Shown: positions 27,156-37,493 of the stretch, piece after piece | How the letters are laid out: each line of letters begins with the position of its first letter | Position numbering within the stretch: position 1 is the stretch's first letter | The notes under the pieces: model-generated | Told to the model about the DNA's origin: nothing | The model's database searches: none | Seen by the model: the letters and a program-made list of their open reading frames with translations, nothing else | Program-made: the position numbers and the translations under genes | Source: Eledone cirrhosa | Taxonomy: Eukaryota | NCBI GenBank assembly: GCA_964016885.1 | Contig: OZ024758.1 | Coordinates: 9,114,001 to 9,178,000, forward strand | Direction: 5' to 3' | Length of the DNA stretch: 64,000 nucleotides

Positions 27156-27705
27156 TATATCAAACAAACACATCACATAAAAACACGTATATAAAAAATC
27201 AAAATCTAGTAGATATGATTATAGCTACACGTACTAAAATAGATAGAATTTTATTAGTTATAACAGCTTAATTCAAGAGTAAATGATTGTCCCCAACGAG
27301 TCGAGAAATTGTCAATAGGAAACTATACAGCGTCCTCCTTTCCCCCTATTTCTGCAGCTGACGAGAGTCTGTGTGATTATATATACATATAGACACATAT
27401 AAATATATACTTATATATAAGAATCTGGATCGAGATTTTTTAAAACAAAACAAGTGGTAATACATTGAACTACTTAAGCATTTCAACTATGAGGTTTGCG
27501 TAAAACATAAACATATGAACAGGGGTAACAAAACGGTTAATAGATGGCTATTCTGCTGCTTAAAAAACAAGCGAATTGGGAGAAATGAATAAAGCCCAGA
27601 TAAAATACTCACAACAGCTATTGTAGTGAGGACACATGCAGTTGTATAAGCCCTAGTTATGGGGGGCATCTGCATGTACTCTTGCTGAAAAGTTTGTGCT
27701 GCCAT
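16082..27705 (-). CDS. DERL2: Derlin-2 (ERAD rhomboid pseudoprotease), complete, 237 aa
   Basis: Exons complement(join 27705..27613, 23030..22965, 21918..21751, 20969..20771, 17952..17862, 16178..16082), 714 nt in frame. [98 protein letters not shown]. Confidence 0.95.
17415..17505 (-). mobile_element. Same SINE family, 5'-truncated
   Basis: Reverse complement of the SINE 3' half. Confidence 0.85.
17506..17662. repeat. Inverted repeat, 55-bp arms, 47-nt spacer
   Basis: 17506-17560 vs 17608-17662, one mismatch. Confidence 0.9.
20970..21750 (-). other. U12-type (minor spliceosome) GT-AG intron in Derlin-2
   Basis: 5' site GTATCCTTT (minus strand from 21750); branch site TTTCCTTAAC (20990-20981) just before CAG; no polypyrimidine tract; reading frame preserved. 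Confidence 0.92.
22076..22267. mobile_element. piggyBac-like MITE (related copies at ~51909-52090 and 53046-53251)
   Basis: TTAA CCC...TAAAGGG TTAA termini; internal sequence shared among copies. Confidence 0.75.
22530..22726. mobile_element. Mariner-like MITE
   Basis: AAAGTTCATAGGCTGAC / GTCAGCCTATGAACTTTT TIRs, TA flanks. Confidence 0.8.
23280..23800 (+). mobile_element. RTE LINE 3' remnant
   Basis: [24 protein letters not shown]-like coding remnant followed by the family tail. Confidence 0.55.
24172..24350 (-). mobile_element. Same SINE family, diverged copy
   Basis: GGATGAAAGGCAAAGTTAACCTC on the + strand. Confidence 0.8.
24530..25200 (-). mobile_element. Penelope-like element RT/linker remnant
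   Basis: [10 protein letters not shown] thumb motif (~25130-25100) and [14 protein letters not shown] linker that precedes GIY-YIG domains; decayed. Confidence 0.65.
25280..26790 (-). mobile_element. RTE-clade LINE RT remnant
   Basis: [32 protein letters not shown] motifs; many stops. Confidence 0.7.
26845..27160. repeat. (TA)n/(CA)n/(TG)n microsatellite cluster
   Basis: Direct observation; similar clusters at 592-626, 33610-34075, 34420-34970, 40546-40584 and 55862-55893. Confidence 0.95.
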
Positions 27706-27712
27706 TGCTGGA

Positions 27713-27974
27713 TGCCACGTGTTACTGCGCATGCGCGGCTCCAACGCCTGGCAAGTTCTCATTGTCAAATCGTCCGTTTCTCGCAATCTTGTTCTCTCTT
27801 TTTCCTATAATGTGCTACTCGCTATGATAATCACTCTCTAATTGTGTGTTTATTCGTTTAGTTTTATTTTTCTCGTTGATAAGTAAGGAACTATTAACTA
27901 TTGCAAAATTGACACAGACATGACTGATTAAGAGACCCATTTCATAGCCACGTAGTAATTAGTTCGATGCCACG
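27713..27974 (-). promoter_or_regulatory. Derlin-2 proximal promoter/5' UTR with NRF1 palindrome and GCCACG motifs
   Basis: TGCGCATGCGC at 27726-27736; TGCCACGTGT at 27713; GCCACGT at 27947; TGCCACG at 27968; locally CpG-rich. Confidence 0.55.
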
Positions 27975-29599
27975 ATGCGGCTCATTCATGGATTCGTTTG
28001 TGCGTGGGTTTCGGTAGAGGGAAACTAATAACACTTACTGGATTTTACAGTTTGATACTCTTAATGAAAAAATAAATAAAATAAAATTTAGACATTTAAA
28101 AAATATTTTTGAAAGCTGTGTTGAGAGATTTTCTGGGTTCTCAGAAAAAGTTTGCAAACATTGAAGATTAGCATTCGTAATTTTGGAAAGAAGCTTTTTA
28201 CGCCCTGTTAAAATTCTTCTTAGATATCCTCTCCACTATTTGTTATTGACATTTGTTGTTTCTACATTCAGCTAATATTGTTATGATGCCTATGGCGAAC
28301 ATGACTGGACGCTTTCAGTTTGCTATGGAACAGCTGATGGCATACTTTGCACAAGAGTCTAGGAGGAGGGCATGACTGGACAGTCCAAGTTTGCTATGAA
28401 ATATTCAATGACATATGTTACACATGTATAGTTAGAGGGTATAGTTTGTTCATCTCCATTTTCCTTTCAGTGCATTGTTGAACCTTTAAAGACAGCTTGC
28501 CGCCAGCTGTTACGATTTGCAGGTGTCCCTGGGCTTATGCCTGATTGGATCAGAGGTGATGCGTTGATTCTTAAAATTCAATTGAACCTTCAAAGATGGT
28601 TCACCTCCAGGTTTTACAATTTACAGTTGTCACCTTCCAAGTATCTGAAATGATTTCTACTCGGATCAAAGATGACTTGAGTTGATTCTTAAAAACTTTG
28701 CCATTAGTTTTCCAAACAAGATTGTCCATAGCAATTTAGAAGGGTCCATTCTGGCAATATCTCCTTCCTGGCACTGTTTATGATGTAATACCATAGCTCT
28801 GAAGAGGACACTATTGTTTATAATATGGTCTTTCTGGTTAATTTGGAGAATGTGACGCAGTTTCATTTGGTGGAATATTTCTAAGTTTAAACCTGGTAAG
28901 GTTTATGGTAAGGTTCCAAGTCACACAAACATAAAACAAAGTTAAGAGGACAACTTCTTTAAAGACCATGACTTTCATTTTGAGAGTGAAACTGTGGTGT
29001 AAAAGCCTGCTATATATATATTGTAGTCAGCCTTAACTCTATTATTGATATCTTTTTCACATCTTCATTTGACTAGATGGAACTCAGACAGGAAAATTGG
29101 TCAACAGTTTCCTCTAAATGGCCTCCTAAATGGTCATCAACATCTGGTATGGTTTATTCACGTCTTGACTGGATTAGAATCTTTGTCTTGTCTGCATTTA
29201 CTTACATTCCAAAGCACTGATATGCTTCTGTGTATAGGTTTGCCATCCTTTGAAGATCAGCTTCACTGATTGTCAGTGTTACATTGTCAAGTGTATACTG
29301 TAACCCCTACATCCTGTTGACGATAGATTTTGTCTTGGAGTGGAAACAGGAGAGAATGAACAACCCACCATCTAACATAAATATTCACATTAGGGGTATC
29401 AGGAGGTAACTCATTGATCATAGCAATGAGAAAGAAAATAAACATTTGTAATTGCTGTTGTTCTGTTTTTCTCCTGAATTTATCATGCACAGAAAATCAT
29501 GTCAACATTGACCCTGGAGGGTTAAAAACTACATTAGGATTCAGGAAGAACATCCTCTGCTAGTATTAGTAGCCTATCCAAGAGAATGCACTTGAAGAT

Positions 29600-30480
29600 C
29601 TTGCCAGCAGTGGTCAACAGAGACATATCACATTAATTTCCACAGAATTTTATCTCTCTTCATGAAGTCTGTCAAGATATAATCATATTTGCCAAATATG
29701 ACTGTCATCAAGAACTATATAAATGTTGTACATTTATAAAGAAATCACAAGTGTCAATGCTCTCAAACCGTACTCATAAATCTTTAGTTGCTTATAAGAA
29801 AATCAATATTAAATGAAACAAAAATAGCAACAATGTATTCATTTCTTGTGGATGAAACTACAGATGTTCCTGTCATTGAATAGGCTCCCATGTCTCTGAT
29901 AATGAAATCAAAATGGATTTAATTGAAATATGTTATGTAGTTTACATTACACACAAGAGAAGAACTGAGTGAGATGACACTGTTTTATTTGGAAACAAAT
30001 GTTTTATAGATATAGAATACAAAACATGAGGAATCAAGACTATGATAGAGCTGCTAACACGAGCAGATCATATGAGAGGTTTCAGTCAAGGATTCTTTTC
30101 CATGATGAAAAAACTGTTTTCTGCCATACACACTACTTCGGAACTTTTATTTGTAGAAAGTGCAAAATTAAGCTGTGTTTTGCTTTATTCTTTAATATAG
30201 TAAAAAAAACTTGTAGTTTTATTTCAATACTAAATAAGTGGCCTGCTTTGTTCATATAAACTCAACTCTCCTTCTAACCATGGAAAACTGAAAAAGCTCT
30301 CTGTCATAAAATTCCCCAGCTGACAAACTGCTAAAAAAAAAAACCTTAAAGAAAGTGTTTATGACTCTGGTACAATATCTGATCAAGATTTAGGAAAATA
30401 ATCCATCAAATTCCTCAAGTGAAAATGTGGGAGTTCTAACTTGTGAAAGTATATTACACTTTTTCTGGATTCACTTGCCC
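29600..30480 (+). mobile_element. Decayed hAT (ZMYM1-like) transposase remnant
   Basis: FLVDETTDV at ~29842 and RNQDYDRAANTS, resembling RGQGYDGAxNM; stops and frameshifts. Confidence 0.6.
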
Positions 30481-31359
30481 AAGAAATTAAAAGATATTTC
30501 CAGAAATGAGTGAAGATAGGGAAAACTCCTAATTCTGCTCTATAACCTAATTACACCACTAAACTGAAGGCGACAAGTTGTAAAGAAGAAGATCTAAATA
30601 ATTTTCTACAAGTTCTGTGGCATTGAAAAAGAGGATGACAAACATTTAACAGAATTGATAGTAATTCATTCATCCTATTTACTACCAAAAATAACATGAG
30701 ATCCACTCTATATTATATCAAGGAAAATAACATCCATCTGAATGTGGTGTTGCTACTACATATGATAAACAGAAGTTTGGTGTGTCTTCTTTGAGAGACA
30801 AGAGCAGAGTGTATGAAGAAGCTAGCTAATCTCTGATAAACTGCAAATGACTCGCTTCTCCAGATTGGCTGACACCAGATATTGAAACAAATGAAAATGG
30901 GAGGTCAACATGTGTGGTCACACTGACCTACATCAGAACAAGAGTTCAAATTACTGTTACAAATATGCTTAACTTGAATTAGAGTGGTTGGAAAAAGTTT
31001 GGAGCAATTTTTTCCTTCCCACTAAAATATTGAGAAATCTTGCAGCACTCAACAGCTTTGGGCAGAATTCAAGTTATATAAAACTTGCCATTCTGGGCTA
31101 CTAATGAAAAGTTGTAGAGTACTAGTAATGAGATTCTTTTAATAGCTTGAAGAATATGTAATCTTTTTTTACTTTCTCATGAATAAATATTTGCACAATT
31201 TCTTAGAGATGAAAGGAAAATATATCAAACACACACAAACCCAGATTCTATTTAAGTATTTTGAACTGCACAGCTGATGTATATTGAACACATGACAATG
31301 ATTATACATTATATTAATGTAATCAAAACATCAGATTGGGTGCATTAACAGAATATATA

Positions 31360-31530
31360 TACAGTGAAATTCCGTTATAATAAATCTCACAGGGTCTAAA
31401 AAAAATTCGTTGTAACGAAAAATACTTTATTAACGAGGTCAACCTAACAACATCAAAAATGTGGCCTTAGATTGAAAAATTTTTCGATATACTGCAAAAT
31501 TCGTTATAATGGTATTCATTGTTACCAGAA
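31360..31530. mobile_element. Tigger/pogo-like DNA transposon fragment (another end near 45520-45665)
   Basis: TACAGTGAAATTCCGTTATAA terminus with internal TTCGTTRTAA repeats; CGAGGTTCCACTGTA at 45651. Confidence 0.55.
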
Positions 31531-31940
31531 CGGTTTCATTCGTATGAAATCACCACAATCTGAATCTCCAATGTCCTAAACGATATGCGGGAATAACTGT
31601 CAACAAAATTACACTTTTACAATTGTTTTAATTATGAGCCATCACTTATCGATCACAAAGTAGTACAATTCCTATTGAAGTTATGTTTGGCGTATCTTGG
31701 TTGCATCGATAACATGAAGTCATTCTTTGCTCTTATTTTAATTTTTTCTTTTCGAAGTTGTACTTGTCTAGCAAGTGACTTGACCTGAGACCGTCAGTTA
31801 AAACTAAAACTGCGTGGAAGAGTCATTTTAGCCATTTAAAAATACAAAAAACCATTAACTTTACTTCATGTATATCACTTATTTATTACTGTTTACATTT
31901 TCGCTACACTGTCGGCAACGAAAATTTTAATACCAGGAAA

Positions 31941-32543
31941 TCTTATATAATAAAGTTGTAGTTCCTGTCTGTTTGTTTGTTCCTATGATTTTGGAGATAG
32001 ACCCCCATAACCATATATATTCTGAAACTACATTGCCCAGGTTACTTGGATAAGTATATTTCATTTTAATCAAAGGGTTCCGTGGAGGCACAAACCCCCG
32101 CTTGCACCTGCTGAAAATGTTTTCCCTTCGATTTATATGAAATTTAAACTATAGGTAAACGACAAGATATGATGCCTATTCACAAAATTTCAATAATATT
32201 AAGACACCCTAATGGGGGTTAAACCCTTATAGTGAAAATTTTGGAAGGCTATAACTTGAGTATTGGAAACTCTATTATCAAGGGGGTTTTGTATTAATTA
32301 AACGTAAATCAACAAAAAAGCACCTATCTTTTATAGTAAAATTTGGCTAATTTAGACATTTTATCTATGGCAAAACATCACTAGAATTATGACAACAAAA
32401 ATTATTAGTTAATGCCTCTACTTTTTTAAACATTTTCCCTTTATTTTTTCTCCATAAATTATATCACTGATTTAAAATAATTCATCATTTTCTTACAAAA
32501 AAAAAATGTGTGAAACGCAGTAAGACGTGGGTAATTCGGCTAG
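31941..32543 (+). mobile_element. Non-autonomous Helitron
   Basis: A|TCTTATATAATAAA start, GC-rich subterminal segment, then CTAG|T end; no TSD. Confidence 0.7.
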
Positions 32544-32821
32544 TATTATTACATATATGAAGTAAAGTTAACGGTTTTTGTGTTTGCCACTGGCTAAAAT
32601 GACTCTTCCACGGAGTAATTATTGTTTTTTTAATTTATTATCAATATATCGCAGGTGCTTGGAGTTGTCAACTGTCCATAATACATCAGAGCTGCCAGTT
32701 AAATATTTGGAAGATGACCATTTCAAAGTATATGTAGTATATCCACATGTAAACTTATCAGCTTTAAACTAGAGACATGAATTTTAAAATTTGTTGCTAT
32801 GCAACAGCCAGCTTCTCTTTT

Positions 32822-33031
32822 AGCCAATCAACAATGGAAATTTCTAAATCGTTTTTCCCCCATATTTAGAATAAATATCTCATTTTATTTTTCGCATTAA
32901 ACTTCGAATTTATTATATTAACATCAATTCAAAAAGATTTAAATTCCTGTAAGACTAAGAAAAAGTGGGAAACCCAAGAAAGGACAATAATAAATAAGCG
33001 TGTTCAGTTAGTATAATGACAGGGGAGGCGG
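32822..33031 (+). promoter_or_regulatory. Candidate SUDS3 promoter elements (CCAAT box, GC box)
   Basis: AGCCAATCA at 32822 and GGGGAGGCGG near 33022, 230-430 nt upstream of the ATG. Confidence 0.35.
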
Positions 33032-33255
33032 ATATGTATTATAACGGAAATGTTAATTACGCATGCTCAAGCTGTAGCAGTAATGCAGTTCTGTTGTTTA
33101 TTGTACCACATTGATGCTTTCAGTTGATTGTAGAAAATATTAGTAACATATGAGTAACAAACTTTAGTAACTGAGTGGAGCGAGAATATTTTTTTTTTTT
33201 TCTGAAATTGAGACCTTTAACTTTCAAATTCCTCCATCGAAACTAAGAAGGAAGG

Positions 33256-33608
33256 ATGGCGACATCGTACATGTCTCCCCGGTACAACAATGACCTCGAT
33301 TATGACGACTGTGTCAGCTCGGACTATGACGACGAGCGAGATATAGAAGCAAATCTATCAGACGAAGGTAAGACTTTCAACCAAATATCTATATGTATTT
33401 ATATATATATATATGTATATATATTTAAAACACCCCCACCAAAAAACCAAAAAACCCACCCTTCACGCTTATCACTTTAGGATCTATCTTTAGATTCTTT
33501 CTTGTCATTTCATTTGTTTTGAACAATTCTCCCTCCTTATTTCTTTTCCCTTTAAATTTAAGTTTGGTATTCTTCTGAACATTTCTCTTTCTATCTCTCT
33601 CTCTCTTT

Positions 33609-33658
<50 letters not shown>

Positions 33659-33810
33659 ATATATATATATATGTAGGTGTGTTTGGAAGTATTATTACCA
33701 AACACTTTACCTATAGTAAATATTTAACGCAATTATTACAGCATTCCGTTGCTCAGGGTTTATTTTCATGGGCAATCTATAGTTGGGTTCCGTTGCAGTG
33801 TGTGTGTATA

Positions 33811-33874
<64 letters not shown>

Positions 33875-34006
33875 CTATATATATACATATAGTGATAATA
33901 TCTCAGATGATCCTGGTTAGCAGAAATTGTTTGCTTAAACTTTTTCTGTGCTAATTGCTCATGATGATGATAATATCTATATATTTATTCATATAACTCA
34001 AAATAT

Positions 34007-34077
<71 letters not shown>

Positions 34078-34416
34078 GGGTGTCCCAAAAAATGTATACA
34101 CAAAAAATCTTTAAAAAATACATTAAAATAAATTCTGTTTTATATGCATTATTTAAATTATGTAAACGATCCTTTACGATCTGAGTTCAAATCCCGCCGA
34201 GGTTGACTTTGCCTTTCATCCTTACGGGGTCGATAAAATAAAGTACCAGTAATGCACTGGGATAATTGCTGGCCTTGTGCCAAAAGTAGAAACAATTATT
34301 TAAATTATGTAAACATTTTTGAGTGCTTACATACAATTGAATTATGTCTGTAGATCATTTTAGTTTTGGGAAAGGCTGTCAGGTAATCAAAGTATGTATG
34401 CATTTTTGGGGACACC

Positions 34417-34458
<42 letters not shown>

Positions 34459-34932
34459 CCAACTGCCAAGACTGGAATTGAACGATCAGCACAGTTGAGG
34501 TGTCGGACATCAATTTCTTTTATCTGATGAGGACGTACTAAGGAAACGGCACAGTACCTCTGAAATATATATAATAAAATATATTTGATTATATGAATAT
34601 CTATATTTATTATATATATATATATATATATAATACACAGATAGTAAGTAGGTATATATATATATATATATTTATTTCTGAAGACAGCATATATATATGT
34701 GTAGGTATGTATATTTCCTCTGATAGTTTGTAAATTTTTTACATAGATCTATATGATATACACACCAACACACACACATATATATCCTAGAAACGATCGT
34801 AAAATGATGAATTTTTTAATATAAGGAACTGTTTCTTTGTTTTTATTAATTTATATAAATATATATATATATAATACACAGAGATAGTAAGTAGGTATAT
34901 ATATATATATATAATACACAGAGATAGTAAGT

Positions 34933-34970
<38 letters not shown>

Positions 34971-35108
34971 AATAAACATGGAATAACGATTTGTGAAGTT
35001 ATGTAACTACTTTCAGTATTGAACACTCAACTTTTCTCCCTGTTGTTTATAGTGTTTATATCGATCAATATCTCTCTAATTTGTACTCCAATAAAAGGAA
35101 AGGGGACA

Positions 35109-35141
<33 letters not shown>

Positions 35142-35711
35142 AGACCATATTGGTGTTGGGGTGGGTGATAGACCATATTAGTGTGTGTGTGTAGGGGGGT
35201 GATAGACCATATTTGTGTGGGGGGGTGATAGACCATATTAGTGTGTGTGTGTGTGTGTGGGGGGGTGATAGACCATATTAGTGTGTGTGTGTGTGTGTAG
35301 GGGGGTGATAGACCATATTAGTGTGTGTGTGTGTGGGGGTGGGTGGGGGGGTGATAGACCATATTAGTGTGTGTGTGTGTGTAGGGGGGTGATAGACCAT
35401 ATTAGTGTGTGTGTGTGTGTGGGGGGGGGTGATAGACCATATTAGTGTGTGTGTGTGTGGGGGGGGTGATAGACCATATTAGTGTGTGTGTGGGGGGGAT
35501 AGACCATATTAGTGTGTGTGTGGGGGGGTAATAGACCAATTAGTGTGTGTGGGGGGGTGATAGACCATATTAGTGTGTGTGTGTGTGTAGGGGGGTGATA
35601 GACCATATTAGTGTGTGTGTGGGGGGGTGATAGACCATATTAGTGTGTGTGTGTGGGGGGGTGATAGACTATATTAGTGTGTGTGTGTGTGGGGGGGTGA
35701 TAGACTATATT

Positions 35712-35742
<31 letters not shown>

Positions 35743-37462
35743 TGATAGACTATATTAGTGTGTGGAGGAGGGGGTGATAGACTATATTAGTGTGTGTGTG
35801 TGGGGGGGTGATAGACCATATTAGTGTGTGTGTAGGGGGTGATAGACTATATTAGTGTGTGTGTGTGGGGGGGTGATAGACCATATTAGTGTGTGTGTAG
35901 GGGGTGATAGACTATATTAGTGTGTGTGTGTGGGGGGTGATAGACTATATTAGTGTGTGGAGGAGGGGGTGATAGACTATATTAGTGTTGTGGAGGAGGG
36001 GGTGATAGACCATATTAGTGTGTGTGTGGGGGGTGATAGACTATATTAGTGTGTGGAGGAGGGGGTGATAGACCATATTAGTGTTGTGGAGGAGGGGGTG
36101 ATAGACTATATTAGTGTGTGGAGGAGGGGGTGATAGACTATATTAGTGTGTGGAGGAGGGGGTGATAGACTATATTAGTGTGTGGAGGAGGGGGTGATAG
36201 ACTATATTAGTGTGTGGAGGAGGGGGTGATAGACTATATTAGTGTGTGGAGGAGGGGGTGATAGACTATATTAGTGTGTGGAGGAGGGGGTGATAGACTA
36301 TATTAGTGTTGTGGAGGAGGGGGTGATAGACCATATTTGTACTTTGCTAATGACCTTTATAACGAAAAACGTACATTCTATGTTTCAGAGGTAAAAAAAA
36401 AAATAGGTTTGTATAATAGTTGTAAGTACCAGGAGTAAACTAGGGTATATGACCGTAAGAAGCATGTACTCTACATAAGACAGTAAACATATCCAATGTC
36501 TTATATTGTCACCAGAATTCAGTGAAGAACAACATAGCTGTAACTGTGTTTAAATCTATCAGTACAGGTCAGTCGGGTCCCAGGTGGACATGTACCTTCA
36601 GAAAACATAAATCTTAAATAAGGAAAGGATACTTTATGAGGGTCGGTTGAGAAGTTCATATGCTGACTATGGAGTGATGCTGGCGCTGTGAAATCTTGCA
36701 TGCATTAATTTCTACTCTTATTAACTACTTAGTTTCTTTCCAGGGACTATGTTGAAAAATCATCCTCTTTTGGTCATTCCATGAGAGTATCTTGGTCAGC
36801 CTATGAACTTTTCAGCTCACCCTCGTAGATAAGGTAGTTCTATAAACCTCTAAAAGATGGAACAATCACTGTTAGAATGAATACCTTTGACCATAAGTGA
36901 CTTATTGGTTTTAACATCAAATCTGTCCCAGCTCATCTAAACTAACTAAATTAGCTTTTAATTTTATTTCGTTTTATATTTAATAATCTCTTCAGTTTTT
37001 CTATTCATTTCTCTTTGCTTTCGATATTACATATACGGCATACTGTCTAGAATTATATTACTAGTGTTGATTTTTTTCTATCCCTTTTCTAAACCATTCT
37101 TTGTTTTCAATATCACATATAGACATAGAGGCTAGAATTGTTTGTCTTGTCTCAAGTGAAGACGCTATGGATAAATTTGGTTGAAAATGTATTTTTCAGG
37201 GCATTACTACAGTTTAATGCCTTTATTACATATTATAAAATAAAATTTTGCACAGTTACATATCCGAATGTGAAGATTGCGATTAAGTTGAAGTAAATAG
37301 CTTTCTTTTCGGCAATTCCAAGTTGTAGAAATGACATTACGTTCCTGTCGAAAACCTGACATTATCTTCATCAATTCAATATGAACATGAAATTGGAAGG
37401 TGTGATGACACCAAATTCTGAGTTTACAATAATGAAGCAATAAGAAAAATGTTGAAATATAC

Positions 37463-37493
<31 letters not shown>

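Noticed and set aside
26784-27163. YIYI/VCVC-rich ORFs (also near 33679, 34787 and 53627)
   Set aside because: Dinucleotide microsatellite translations.
27706-27786. N-terminal extension of Derlin-2 in the ORF track
   Set aside because: Homology starts at MAAQTF (27705); the upstream sequence looks like promoter/UTR.
35121-36338. CRISPR-like constant repeat with variable spacers
   Set aside because: The spacers are only (GT)n/G-run length variants; eukaryotic intron; no cas genes.
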